Notes under the pieces: generated by a model
The model's input: the letters and a program-made list of their open reading frames with translations, nothing else
What the model was told of the DNA's origin: nothing
Database searches by the model: none
Part shown: positions 1 through 9,925 of the stretch, piece after piece
Layout: the number at the start of each line of letters is the position of its first letter
Numbering within the stretch: the stretch's first letter is position 1
Made by a program: the position numbers and the translations under genes
Assembly: GCA_015056485.1 (NCBI GenBank)
Contig: SVGD01000004.1
Location: 37,460 to 101,459 of the forward strand
Reading direction: 5' to 3'
From: Clostridiales bacterium
GTDB taxonomy: Bacteria; Bacillota; Clostridia; TANB77; CAG-508
DNA length: 64,000 nt

Positions 1-2945
1 ACTACTTTCCATTGATTATCTATAGTTGTATTATGTTGTAATAATAATCCTAGTCCTTCTGGTAAATAGTCTGCAACTTTTGTTGCATATCCATCAACTT
101 CGCCTTCATTATATACTCTTAATTTATATGTTACTATATCACCTTTATGAACTGTAACTGTTGTTTTTGGATGTGTATATGTTGCTGTATATTCTCTTTG
201 TCCTTTTTCATTTACTTGTCCTTTTTCTAAAGTTGTTAAATCAATTGATGGAACTCTAGATTCCTTTAATTCTTTTCCATTTACTTTTGTAATAAACTTA
301 CGTAAAGCTAAATCGAAATCTACTCCTCTTATAATGATTTTTTCAAAGTCGTCATCATCTTCTTGTCCTTCGAAGTGTTTGTTTTCTTCTAGTTGTACTA
401 ATGTGTAATTATCTTTTCCTGTATATCCTACATCTGTAGTATTTAAATTAGTTACTTTATTAAATGTTTCACCTTTTGAATCTCTATCTGCTACTTTTTC
501 TATTCCTTCTGATTCATAAGTCATAGTTGCAATATTTGTTAATATTTGTGCATTATCTCCTGATGTTGCTGTTACTTTGAATTTTACATTTAATTCACCA
601 TAGTTTAGACCATTCACCCAGTTTTCTGCATCTTGATGTGTACTATCAAACGCATCTAATTTAAATAAGTATTCATTTGGACATGGTTTTAATTCCATCG
701 TTGTATATAAATTTGGATTATACATTGGTGTAATTGTTAATGTTCTTTCCGTTTCATTAAATTCATAAATATATTTTTCTGTTAAAGTTTTTTCTTCATT
801 TTCTTTAATATCATAGAATGCTTTCCAATCATTTTTAGAAATAAATTCTTCTGTTGCTACAAATTCCACTCCTTGTGGTAAGTAATCAGTAATTGAAGTC
901 ACATATCCTGTTATCGCTGCTTCATTATATACTCTAAATGTGTATGTAACTATATCTCCTGTTTCTACTTCTACTGGATCTTTTCTATGATTATATGTTG
1001 CTGTTCCTTTTGTTGATATTGTTGATGTATCTATATTGTTTAATTCTCTTTTATTTGTAATTTCAATGTTTTTATTATCTCTTTCTAATTTTGTTATATA
1101 TTTTCTTAATGCTAAATCAAATTCTTGTTTTTCTTTGTTTGTTACTGTTAATTTTATTGTTGTACCAACTTCATTTACTTCTAAAGCAACTCCCTGAACA
1201 TCTTCTTTCATAATTGCTTTATCTATAACATATTCTCCATCTTTTTCTTTTACAGTTATTTCTATTGTAACTGGAGAAGATATTCCATTATATCCAACTG
1301 GAGCTTTCGTTTCTGTAATAGTATAAATAAATTTATCATCTTTGCTTTCTATTTTTACATTTCCTGTTTCAAATGTACCATCTTGGTTGTTTTTCAATGC
1401 AACTATTTGTCTTGATTCATCTTCTATTGTAAATGTTGCACCTGGTAATTTTTTCTCTGTGGCAGCATCAATTTTTACAATCTCAACATTGAAGTTTCCT
1501 TCAATTTTAGATGTTGATTTATCTGCATTATCAGTTTCTTTTACCTTGTTAACTATAATAACTGGTTGATCTTCTTTACTTTCTGTTGTCCATAAAGATG
1601 CTGAAGATTTATAGTAATCATAAGAAAATTCCATTCTAAAGTTTGAAATATCATAAACTTTTTCTGTAGGAGCAATTGCCATAGATTTTAAAATTCTTAT
1701 ATAGAATTCTCCTTGATTTATCCTTGAGTTTATATCTCCTAGATTTTTTATACCATTAGAATCCGTTACAATAATTTGCTCCATTCCGCTATCATCTAAA
1801 CAAATTACTGTTTCTTTTCCCTTTGAATCAATACCTGTTAAAATATAATTAAAGTTATTATATTTATTGCTTCCTTTATTTTCTATTTTAAATGGTCCAA
1901 CTAAATAATAGCTTGTACCTGATGGTTTAAATTCTTTAATTTCTAATTTTGCACTTGTTTCTGCAAATTCGATTTTTGGAGTAGCTTCTATAGTTGTCCC
2001 ATCTGTTTTATATTTGTATGAGTCTTGAATAGCATTTGTTAATAAATGTGTATATAATATTCCTACACTTTCTGGAACATTATCTTCAAAATCTGATAAC
2101 TCTAATGCTTCTTTTTCTAGTAATTCAATTTTAGAATACTTCATTTTTACACTCATAGCACTACCATTAGTTGTAAATGAAAATAATTTTTCTAATTCTT
2201 TTTCTGCTCCTAAATTAGTAAAATACCATAAAGCCATTTGTTGAGTTGCATCTATTTGTTCATCTGTTATTGTTCCTTCTTTAATTCCTGCTGAATTTAG
2301 CCATTCTTTTCTTATAGGAGTAACTTGTGTATTTTTAGGTAAATACATATTATCTATTAATCCTAAAATTGCATTATATATATTAACATTTTTATATGTA
2401 ACTGTTATTATCAAAAAAGGTGTATTGTCTTTAAATTCTAATTTGTTATCATTGTTTGTTGTATATGTTACCTTATCTGCATTTTTATTTAAAAAATCTC
2501 TTAAATTATTAAATCTTTCTTCTTCATTATCGCTTTTATCATTAAACTGATTTTTATTAAATATATATTCTATACTAATATTTTCATTTCTGTCTAAATT
2601 TACATTCATAAATTCTTTATATTTATTTACAACTTCCGTTTTTTGTGTTTTGAAATCTGCAATTAAATTATAGTCAAGCGGTTCTATTTTTCCATTTCCA
2701 CCAAATCCCAATCCACCTCTAGCACAGTAAATTAGAAAGTCTACATTTTCATTATTCACTTCATATAGTTTTAATATCCTTTGAAATACATTATTTTCAT
2801 CTAAAAAGGCATAACTATACGTATCTCTTAATCCTTTTGCATTTATTTTTTTAGTCTCTGTAGCATATGTTATACTAAAAAATGATGATAATATTATTCC
2901 TAATATAAAAATTCCTAAAATTAATAATCTGCTAGTTTTTTTCAT
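1..2945 (-). CDS. Large secreted surface adhesin with Cys-Gln thioester domain, SpaA/Cna-B isopeptide domain and DUF11-like repeats (3' end beyond window start)
   Basis: Not in ORF track (no stop in window). ATG at 2945 after AAGGAAGG RBS; signal peptide MKKTSRLLILGIFILGIILSSFFSITYA; LIYCARGGLGF (~2700-2740) and ATQQMALWYFT (~2220-2250) match thioester-domain motifs; VKIDAATEKKLPGATFTI and ITETKAPVGY match pilin/Cna-B motifs; repeated FDLALRK and GDIVTY..RVYNE. Frame checked at 2228 and 302. Confidence 0.85.
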   Translation of the reverse strand, partial: MKKTSRLLILGIFILGIILSSFFSITYATETKKINAKGLRDTYSYAFLDENNVFQRILKLYEVNNENVDFLIYCARGGLGFGGNGKIEPLDYNLIADFKTQKTEVVNKYKEFMNVNLDRNENISIEYIFNKNQFNDKSDNEEERFNNLRDFLNKNADKVTYTTNNDNKLEFKDNTPFLIITVTYKNVNIYNAILGLIDNMYLPKNTQVTPIRKEWLNSAGIKEGTITDEQIDATQQMALWYFTNLGAEKELEKLFSFTTNGSAMSVKMKYSKIELLEKEALELSDFEDNVPESVGILYTHLLTNAIQDSYKYKTDGTTIEATPKIEFAETSAKLEIKEFKPSGTSYYLVGPFKIENKGSNKYNNFNYILTGIDSKGKETVICLDDSGMEQIIVTDSNGIKNLGDINSRINQGEFYIRILKSMAIAPTEKVYDISNFRMEFSYDYYKSSASLWTTESKEDQPVIIVNKVKETDNADKSTSKIEGNFNVEIVKIDAATEKKLPGATFTIEDESRQIVALKNNQDGTFETGNVKIESKDDKFIYTITETKAPVGYNGISSPVTIEITVKEKDGEYVIDKAIMKEDVQGVALEVNEVGTTIKLTVTNKEKQEFDLALRKYITKLERDNKNIEITNKRELNNIDTSTISTKGTATYNHRKDPVEVETGDIVTYTFRVYNEAAITGYVTSITDYLPQGVEFVATEEFISKNDWKAFYDIKENEEKTLTEKYIYEFNETERTLTITPMYNPNLYTTMELKPCPNEYLFKLDAFDSTHQDAENWVNGLNYGELNVKFKVTATSGDNAQILTNIATMTYESEGIEKVADRDSKGETFNKVTNLNTTDVGYTGKDNYTLVQLEENKHFEGQEDDDDFEKIIIRGVDFDLALRKFITKVNGKELKESRVPSIDLTTLEKGQVNEKGQREYTATYTHPKTTVTVHKGDIVTYKLRVYNEGEVDGYATKVADYLPEGLGLLLQHNTTIDNQWKV

Positions 2946-3304
2946 AACTTACCTTCCTTGTTTATATGCAAACTTTTTACATATATTATATATATTTTTT
3001 TATTTTAATCAATAGGTATTTTTTTTAGTGTTTTGTATCTTTAAAATTAGTAAAAAAATTGTTTTACGGAAGCCTTTTTTCTGGTTTTTTATTTATAATA
3101 TCAATAAAATATTACTTTTTAATGACATTTTTAATATTTTTTAGTTTTTTCTCGATATATTTATACAAAACGAGCATTTCCGTAGTATATTTCGCCTAAT
3201 TTAACATAATTATTATACTATAATAGATAACTTTTTTCAACTGATTATGTAAAAAAGGAAAATATTTTTTATTGATTATAAAATATAGAAATTTCATTGA
3301 AGCA

Positions 3305-3328
3305 CGGACGACCAATGGTCGCCCCTAC
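3305..3328 (-). repeat. REP subtype A (GTAGGGGCGACCATTGGTCGTCCG)
   Basis: GTAG followed by GC-rich hairpin; identical copies at 8760, 56625, 59317. Confidence 0.9.
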
Positions 3329-3364
3329 ACCTTTTGCATTAAATTTGTTCTATATTCCTCAATT

Positions 3365-3388
3365 GCGGGTGATTAAAATCGCCCCTAC
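3365..3388 (-). repeat. REP subtype B (GTAGGGGCGATTTTAATCACCCGC)
   Basis: One mismatch from the REPs flanking the RAYT gene. Confidence 0.88.
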
Positions 3389-3478
3389 AAGATTTCTTTT
3401 AACCTAAATAGGAATAAAATTTTATTATAATTATTGTTGACTTTTAATTATAATTTTGTTATTATATTAAATGCAGTT

Positions 3479-3554
3479 GCGGGAATAGCTCAGTTGATAG
3501 AGCGATGCCTTGCCAAGGCATAGGTCGCGGGTTTGAGCCCCGTTTCCCGCTCCA
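3479..3554 (+). tRNA. tRNA-Gly(GCC)
   Basis: GCGGGAA/TTCCCGC acceptor stem, anticodon arm ATGCC-TTGCCAA-GGCAT, encoded CCA; TTGACT...TATATT promoter-like sequence upstream. Confidence 0.96.
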
Positions 3555-3671
3555 AATTTTTAAGAGACTTAAAAATTTGTACTCTTAACTATTCACTTTT
3601 AACTTTTCACTGTTAATATAAATTAGTAATATTCTATTTTAAAGTGAATATATTATATTAAATTAATATTC

Positions 3672-3746
3672 GGCGACATAGCCAAGCGGTAAGGCACGAG
3701 TCTGCAAAACTCTGATTCCCCGGTTCGAATCCGGGTGTCGCCTCCA
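3672..3746 (+). tRNA. tRNA-Cys(GCA)
   Basis: GGCGACA/TGTCGCC acceptor stem, anticodon loop CTGCAAA, GGTTCGAATCC T-arm, encoded CCA. Confidence 0.96.
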
Positions 3747-3783
3747 AAAAAACAAGTCTATCGTGAGATAGACTTGTTTTTTT
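3747..3783. terminator. Bidirectional intrinsic terminator
   Basis: AAAAAACAAGTCTATC-GTGA-GATAGACTTGTTTTTTT between the tRNAs and a convergent GNAT gene. Confidence 0.85.
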
Positions 3784-3836
3784 GGAGTTGATATTCTTTG
3801 ATTTTAAACAGGTTTTAGATTCTTATGCTGCTTTGA

Positions 3837-4298
3837 CTATACACGTTTTCCGAAGAAGCCATCTTTTGTTTTTAGAGAAAAGCCTTTTTTTCGCCAAAAT
3901 ATTTGTGCTCCAACAAATGGGCACCACAGCTCAATTCTTTTACATTTGTGTTGTTTAATAATTTTTAGAACTTCGTTATACAATATGGTTCCCAACCCTT
4001 TTCCTTTTTCAAAAACTGAAAACTGGTCAATGATACATGAATTTTGAGAAAATGTGAGTACTGTTATTCCTTGAATTTCGTTATCAACTTCAAAGAAATA
4101 TAATTCATTTTTTGGATTTTCTACAAAATCTAAAAACTCTCCTTTTCCTTTTATTCCTTCTTTCATCATTTCCTTCATTTCGTCCGAATTAAAAGGGTCT
4201 GCTTTTCCTTTTTCAAAAAAGCTATACTCTATTCTCGTGTATGCTCTTCGATATTCCCGATAGTCATTTGACGTTATTCGTACTAAACGATGTAACAT
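3837..4298 (-). CDS. GNAT family N-acetyltransferase (orphan-type gene; uses CGG in frame)
   Basis: IDQFSVFEKGKGLGTIL acetyl-CoA motif A and AQIFWRKKGF motif B; AAGGAG RBS. Confidence 0.85.
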   Translation of the reverse strand: MLHRLVRITSNDYREYRRAYTRIEYSFFEKGKADPFNSDEMKEMMKEGIKGKGEFLDFVENPKNELYFFEVDNEIQGITVLTFSQNSCIIDQFSVFEKGKGLGTILYNEVLKIIKQHKCKRIELWCPFVGAQIFWRKKGFSLKTKDGFFGKRV

Positions 4299-4434
4299 CT
4301 ACTCACTCCTTTTATTTATAGATATCTACATTATAACATATTAATAATTCTTTTGCAATTTATGTAAAGTCTTTACATTTTACATAAAATCATGATATAA
4401 TCTATGCATTCTATAAAAAAAGGATTATATTTAT

Positions 4435-5103
4435 ATGATTAATAAAAATTTTGAATATTATATAGGAACAACTGAAACTGCATATGTTGAAGATAATATT
4501 ACTAGAAAAGCTTTAGATGAGTATAAAAAAGAGTTTGGCGTACCACTTTTAACAGTACATAAAGAATTTATGCGACATAGATACGGTGGTAAAGTTGAAC
4601 CCGTTGATTTATATGCAGATTGGTTACTTACAACCATTCATAATGAAATCTTTTCAAATAGAGCTTTCTTTACTGATGATTTTAATGTTATAGACACACC
4701 TGTAGACATATCAGAAACTGATGCATTAAAACTTATCGAAATACTAAGACGTGCCTCAATCAATTACGGCTTAGTAATAAGAAGATTAAGTTCAACTTCT
4801 TTTTCTACTCAATGGAAAAAACAATATCTAACAACAACTAATATCCGTTTAAAAGATATAATAGGAGCAGATCAATACAGAATTCAATTAAGAAGTGCAA
4901 TGCAAAATGAAATTCTAAAATATATTAGACCTGGACTTTCAAATTACACTAAAGATGTTTGGGAAATTTATTATACATATGGATTAGAAGATGAAGAGCG
5001 AACAGACCCATCAGGAAAATATGGCGTAAAACCATCAGTTTACTATGCACTAACCAAACAAAAAACAGATAAAGAAGAATGTTTTGATGAATTATCACTT
5101 TAA
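4435..5103 (+). CDS. Hypothetical protein
   Basis: 222-aa ORF with AAGGA RBS, upstream TG-n-TATAAT promoter and downstream hairpin. Confidence 0.75.
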   Translation: MINKNFEYYIGTTETAYVEDNITRKALDEYKKEFGVPLLTVHKEFMRHRYGGKVEPVDLYADWLLTTIHNEIFSNRAFFTDDFNVIDTPVDISETDALKLIEILRRASINYGLVIRRLSSTSFSTQWKKQYLTTTNIRLKDIIGADQYRIQLRSAMQNEILKYIRPGLSNYTKDVWEIYYTYGLEDEERTDPSGKYGVKPSVYYALTKQKTDKEECFDELSL

Positions 5104-5160
5104 AATAGAAACAACCCCACACCTTCACCATTGTGAAAGTATGGGGTGTTTTTTTGCATA

Positions 5161-6135
5161 TTAACCTTCAATTGCGCTAATAAAATCACGTGCTTTTTCC
5201 TGAAGCATCGAAAAGAATTCTTTGATATCAATTTTGTCCATGAAATCTTCGCTCGCAACAATAGAAATTTTCTTTTTATGAGCTTCTTCCATATCCTGCT
5301 TAACATTGATGATTCCTTCAATACCATAAGTCCACTCAATTGCACCATAGTTATTTCTTGATACCATTAAAGTAGCTCCATTACTGAGGGTATCTCCGTA
5401 TGCGGAAAACCTACCGTGTTTTTTTACATAGGCTCCACGCTCGCATTCTTTACTGTCTACAATCTCAAAGCACCTGATTGTACAATTTTCGAAGCTTCTG
5501 TCAAAAAATTCCTCCATCTCAGTATAGATTTGATGCATTGTGGGAAAAGGTAAAGTGATGCGTTCATTGATAAATACAATTTTCTCTTCTGCCTTAATGC
5601 CATCACCTGAGATTTCAATAACATGAGTATTGTCAAAAATTGCTCTCGTCTTTGTGTCGTTATACATTGCTGTATAGGTAAACACTTTGCCCTTTTCATG
5701 TTTAACATGAATTTCATCATTCAGTACAAAAACAGAGCCATAAAGTATGTATTTCTTTTCAACGTGCTCTATTTCATTACTTTTAACCCTTGTTTTTGTT
5801 GAAAATCTTGACTCTGTGTCGCTTACGCTTAACTCTACCTTAAAAGTATTGTTATCCGCATCGATACACATAAAATAGCCTATCCGATTTCCTTTTTCCT
5901 CAAAAGTTGCTCTGGTAATGTGTACAGGAAACAGCATATCAGATGCTTTTTTCAACTGTTTCATGCACTCTTCTGCTGTGATTTTTTGCCCGTAATTATT
6001 TATCTCGCTGTTTTTTCTTACCCACAATGCTACTATCTGCTTCAATTGTTCTACAACAATGTTCTGCATTGAAGTAATCTTGTCACTTAAGAAAAAACCT
6101 GGATAAATTTCTGTAGGTCTTTCTTGCAAGTTCAT
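5161..6135 (-). CDS. Hypothetical protein (orphan-type; uses CGG in frame)
   Basis: 324-aa ORF with AGGAGG RBS and its own TGGTATAAT promoter; no recognised motif. Confidence 0.78.
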   Translation of the reverse strand: MNLQERPTEIYPGFFLSDKITSMQNIVVEQLKQIVALWVRKNSEINNYGQKITAEECMKQLKKASDMLFPVHITRATFEEKGNRIGYFMCIDADNNTFKVELSVSDTESRFSTKTRVKSNEIEHVEKKYILYGSVFVLNDEIHVKHEKGKVFTYTAMYNDTKTRAIFDNTHVIEISGDGIKAEEKIVFINERITLPFPTMHQIYTEMEEFFDRSFENCTIRCFEIVDSKECERGAYVKKHGRFSAYGDTLSNGATLMVSRNNYGAIEWTYGIEGIINVKQDMEEAHKKKISIVASEDFMDKIDIKEFFSMLQEKARDFISAIEG

Positions 6136-6339
6136 GATGTTTCTGCCTCCTAAAATTTTTTCGAAGTCACGCCAATGATGTATTTGCTGAAGACATGACT
6201 AAGATTTTTGCCTAATCATTATACCATGATTTTTTTATAATTTCAAATTTTACGTGAACTAGCTTTTAAAATAATTAAGAGATATATCAAAAAACATTTT
6301 AAATCTGTTTTTATAATATATCTCTTAAAACTTAAATAT

Positions 6340-7332
6340 TTACATCGTTTCAAATTTAGTCAATGTCCAATTATATCTTATAGGAATTAACAATGTACTA
6401 CAATATCCACATTTACCTAGTTCAGTTTTTGTAACTTTTGCTCCACAATTAGGACAATTATGAATTAGTCCCTCATATCCTTTTGTATTTTGCTTTGAAA
6501 ATGTCATTAAAATATTTTTATTATATTTTTTATTTTTATCTCCTCGAACTATTTCATTTGCATTTTTATCAATTATATATTCTATCATTGTTGCATTAAT
6601 AAGAATTAATATTTCTTCTTTAGATATACCTTTATAATAATCATATATGCTACATTTTTCAATAAGTAAATCTTCTGTCACGAATTCTAATCCATCTCTT
6701 TCAAATTCTTTTCTTTGGTATGCTAATTTATCATATAATTCTTCAGTCATAAAATTTTTAATAGCTTCTAAATTTTCATTAGATCCAGATTTTATACATC
6801 CAAATATTTGTCTTGTCCATTTTTTAAATAATCTAACATCAAAATTATGTCCGTTTTCTTTTAATGTATTTATTGGAATTCCCTCTTTTACATCTTCCTC
6901 TTCCACTTCTACAGAATCTAATATTTTAAAATTATATAAATCCCTTTTTGCTTTTTCTACAGCCTCCTGCGCATCTTGATGAGCATTATATTCATTGTAA
7001 ATATCTTTTAAATCCAATTTATCATTATTATAATTATTACGATTATCATACTTGTTTGCTTCTTCCATGTATTGTGAGTATGTATCTTTATAAACTTTTT
7101 CTAATACTTTCGCTTCGTATTCCATTTCTTCTCTTGCACGTTTATCTTGATTTTTAATTTTATCAATGGTATCAAATTCGTCAAAATTAAATGCTTTTCT
7201 TTCTCTTTTATATTTGATATTTCGTATGATTTTTTTTATAAATGGAATAATTACAACACATATTAAAATCATTCCTAAATATATATAATTTATAATCATA
7301 TCATCATCAATTTTCATTTTTTTATCTATCAC
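6340..7332 (-). CDS. Tim44-like domain membrane protein with C-terminal zinc ribbon
   Basis: N-terminal TM; FMTEELY...EYIID...VRGD...MTF Tim44/NTF2-like segment; CPNCGA...CGYC then WTLTK. Confidence 0.8.
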   Translation of the reverse strand: MIDKKMKIDDDMIINYIYLGMILICVVIIPFIKKIIRNIKYKRERKAFNFDEFDTIDKIKNQDKRAREEMEYEAKVLEKVYKDTYSQYMEEANKYDNRNNYNNDKLDLKDIYNEYNAHQDAQEAVEKAKRDLYNFKILDSVEVEEEDVKEGIPINTLKENGHNFDVRLFKKWTRQIFGCIKSGSNENLEAIKNFMTEELYDKLAYQRKEFERDGLEFVTEDLLIEKCSIYDYYKGISKEEILILINATMIEYIIDKNANEIVRGDKNKKYNKNILMTFSKQNTKGYEGLIHNCPNCGAKVTKTELGKCGYCSTLLIPIRYNWTLTKFETM

Positions 7333-7390
7333 CTAACTTCTTACTTTTAATAAAATAATAACATATTTTATTATTAAATACCATAAGATT

Positions 7391-8656
7391 TTATATTTTC
7401 ACTAAATTATATATCCATAAAACTGTATACCTGTCTTTCAATTCTTTAGCATATTTTATGGCATTATTAATTTTTTCTTCACCATAAAAATCATTAAATT
7501 CTTGCAAATCTAATTCTACTGTTTTTAATAAATTTTCAATTTCTTTTGAAGTAGGAACTTCTGCTAATACTCTTTTTATTTCTTCCCATTTATTATTGTA
7601 TATGTCAATTAAATTTTTAGAATACCATCCTGCTTTTTCTTGTAATTCAAAAATTCCTTTTGCTGAATGCTTGTATATTTTATTTATATCTTCAATATAT
7701 TTCTCTTTAGAAAATTCATTTTTTGATATAGGTAAGTCAAGTTTAAGTAACTCTTCTCTTAATTTGCATGTGATAATAGTTGAGTATGCTACATCTATTC
7801 CATGAAATAAATATTCTTCATTATTTAACAAACCTACTATTTCAAAAAAATGAGATAAATGATGTTCACTTCCAGATGCTGGACGTGAATTATTAACATA
7901 GCTCATTGCTATACCAACAATTACTAATGCTTCCATTAATGCTTTTATACTTTCATCTTCTCTTTTTAATAAACCAGTTGCTAAATCTATTGTTTTGTTA
8001 AGACAATCATATACTAAATCATATACATATTCACAAAAATATTCTTCGTTTACTATATTACTTAATTCCCAATCATTTAAAGCAGAAAATTTTCCTATTA
8101 TATCTCCAAATCCTGCTTTGACCATATCAATTGGTGCATTTTTCAATACTGAAACATCACCTATTATTGCTGTTGGTACATGTGTATTATATGTTACTTT
8201 CATACTATCTATAATTAGAGCTGAACCTACAGATGCGTACCCATCCATTGATGGAGCTGTTGCAATTATATAATATGGTAATTTATTTATAAAACTAACA
8301 TATTTACACAAGTCATTTATAACACCTGAGCCTACACCTATAATTAAGTCTGTATCTTTTGTCATTTTATTTTTTATTTCTTCTATTGCTTGCTCATTTG
8401 GTACAAGCATTCCATCCGTTTTAAATATCTGTTTTTCTATTTCATAATCTGTTGAATCAAATAAATATTCTAGTTTTTCTGAGCATGCTGAGTATGTATT
8501 GTTATCTGCAACTAATAAAATTTTCTTATACCCATTTAAAAGTTCTCCTACTTTGCTAATAGCATCATTTTCAATTATTATATTTTTTATATTGCATTTA
8601 TGAGTCATTCCACAAGTACATTCTTTTTCAACTAATAAATCACTAATATTGTTCAT
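7391..8656 (-). CDS. egsA: sn-glycerol-1-phosphate dehydrogenase (AraM/EgsA family)
   Basis: CTCGMTH N-terminus, GVGSGVINDLCK, TAPSMDGYAS, AGFGDIIGK, SRPASGSEHHLSH, HGIDV. Confidence 0.9.
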   Translation of the reverse strand: MNNISDLLVEKECTCGMTHKCNIKNIIIENDAISKVGELLNGYKKILLVADNNTYSACSEKLEYLFDSTDYEIEKQIFKTDGMLVPNEQAIEEIKNKMTKDTDLIIGVGSGVINDLCKYVSFINKLPYYIIATAPSMDGYASVGSALIIDSMKVTYNTHVPTAIIGDVSVLKNAPIDMVKAGFGDIIGKFSALNDWELSNIVNEEYFCEYVYDLVYDCLNKTIDLATGLLKREDESIKALMEALVIVGIAMSYVNNSRPASGSEHHLSHFFEIVGLLNNEEYLFHGIDVAYSTIITCKLREELLKLDLPISKNEFSKEKYIEDINKIYKHSAKGIFELQEKAGWYSKNLIDIYNNKWEEIKRVLAEVPTSKEIENLLKTVELDLQEFNDFYGEEKINNAIKYAKELKDRYTVLWIYNLVKI

Positions 8657-8759
8657 ACTATTTCACCTCATCATTATTATTATATTATTATATATTTTTT
8701 TCTTCAATACATTAATGAAAGATTTAAAGTGCAACTAGTAAAAAAATAGATATAATTAA

Positions 8760-8783
8760 CGGACGACCAATGGTCGCCCCTAC
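8760..8783 (-). repeat. REP subtype A
   Basis: CGGACGACCAATGGTCGCCCCTAC. Confidence 0.9.
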
Positions 8784-8903
8784 ATAATTATTTTACCTCA
8801 TCATAGTAATTACCTTTATTCAATACTCTAATTTTTAAAAGCTATATAAATATTAAAACAAGAAAAAGGCGCCCTACAAATGTAAAGCGCCATTTTTGTT
8901 GAA

Positions 8904-9779
8904 TTAATCAAAAAGACCACGAAGCATAGATTGAATCTGAGCTATTACGTTATCCATTTTTATTTTTAGACATGTATGTGTTACTCTGAAAATTTTCGCT
9001 GAGACTTCAGATATATAATCTTCGTCAACCGCAGACACAGCCTCTTTGAATGTTATGCCCTCATTTATAGCTTTTTCAAGAACAAAATTCAATATGATTT
9101 CACTTTGCTTAATTATTCCGAATCGATCAATCATTAGGGTAATGCCTTTTATGATTTCATCAACCCGAGTACAAGACCCCTTATCACGAAAAGCGTTTAT
9201 AGTATTTATCACTGCGTTTCTTGTTGGTTCAACAACTTTTTCTTTAAAATCTTTACTTACGCATTCCTTGTTATAAATTCTTTCTGAAAGTTCCAATAAG
9301 CCTGAATTCTTAATCGCATTTGCAAGCTTCTCGGAAATATTCTCAATGTTTATAACTGCTTTCCATGATTCTTGTTTTTCTTCTCCTGAACATTCAAGTT
9401 GAAAACGTCCTGCCGCTTGCTGAAGATTTGAACAACTCTGAATGAAAATCTGGTCATCTGACTCGCCCTTAGCAAAATCTGTATTCCACTCTTCAACAGA
9501 TTTTTTCACCTTTTCACTTGATGATTTAACCGCTTCGTCAAATGTCAAATTCTTTTCAATCATTTCTGAAATAACAATTGGTAAAAACACACTATTTGCT
9601 AAATATGGTGTGTATTCTGCCATAGATTCCATTGCAGAATCTTCATCCCGTTTTTTTGCAATGGCATGTATTTCCTCAAAAATAGATTGAAGTTTTTCAT
9701 TGCCTTCAAGTTGTCCTATCTTGCTAAGTGCCAAAAACGGCACTTTAACCTCAAGGTCCATTCCGATTAATTTTTCCAT
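8904..9779 (-). CDS. Hypothetical helical protein with internal duplication (orphan-type; two in-frame CGG)
   Basis: Start reassigned to ATG 9779 (MEKLIG) after GGAGG RBS; EMIEKNLTFDEAVKS resembles EKAINEGITFKEAVSA. Confidence 0.75.
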   Translation of the reverse strand: MEKLIGMDLEVKVPFLALSKIGQLEGNEKLQSIFEEIHAIAKKRDEDSAMESMAEYTPYLANSVFLPIVISEMIEKNLTFDEAVKSSSEKVKKSVEEWNTDFAKGESDDQIFIQSCSNLQQAAGRFQLECSGEEKQESWKAVINIENISEKLANAIKNSGLLELSERIYNKECVSKDFKEKVVEPTRNAVINTINAFRDKGSCTRVDEIIKGITLMIDRFGIIKQSEIILNFVLEKAINEGITFKEAVSAVDEDYISEVSAKIFRVTHTCLKIKMDNVIAQIQSMLRGLFD

Positions 9780-9925
9780 TTGTTTTGCCTCCAAAATATA
9801 ATAATATTTCTTCTTGTAATCCGTATACCGCAAAATAAAGAAGGGCTACTAAGAAGATTCTTAACTATTTTAACATAAATTTACATAAATTGCAAATTTT
9901 CTAATTATATTTGAATTGTGAATTT

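Noticed and set aside
3479..3554. tRNA-Gly as the quadruplet suppressor behind the CGG shifts
   Set aside because: It has a normal 7-nt loop and a GCC anticodon (reads GGY), whereas the shift sites need GGA/GGG.
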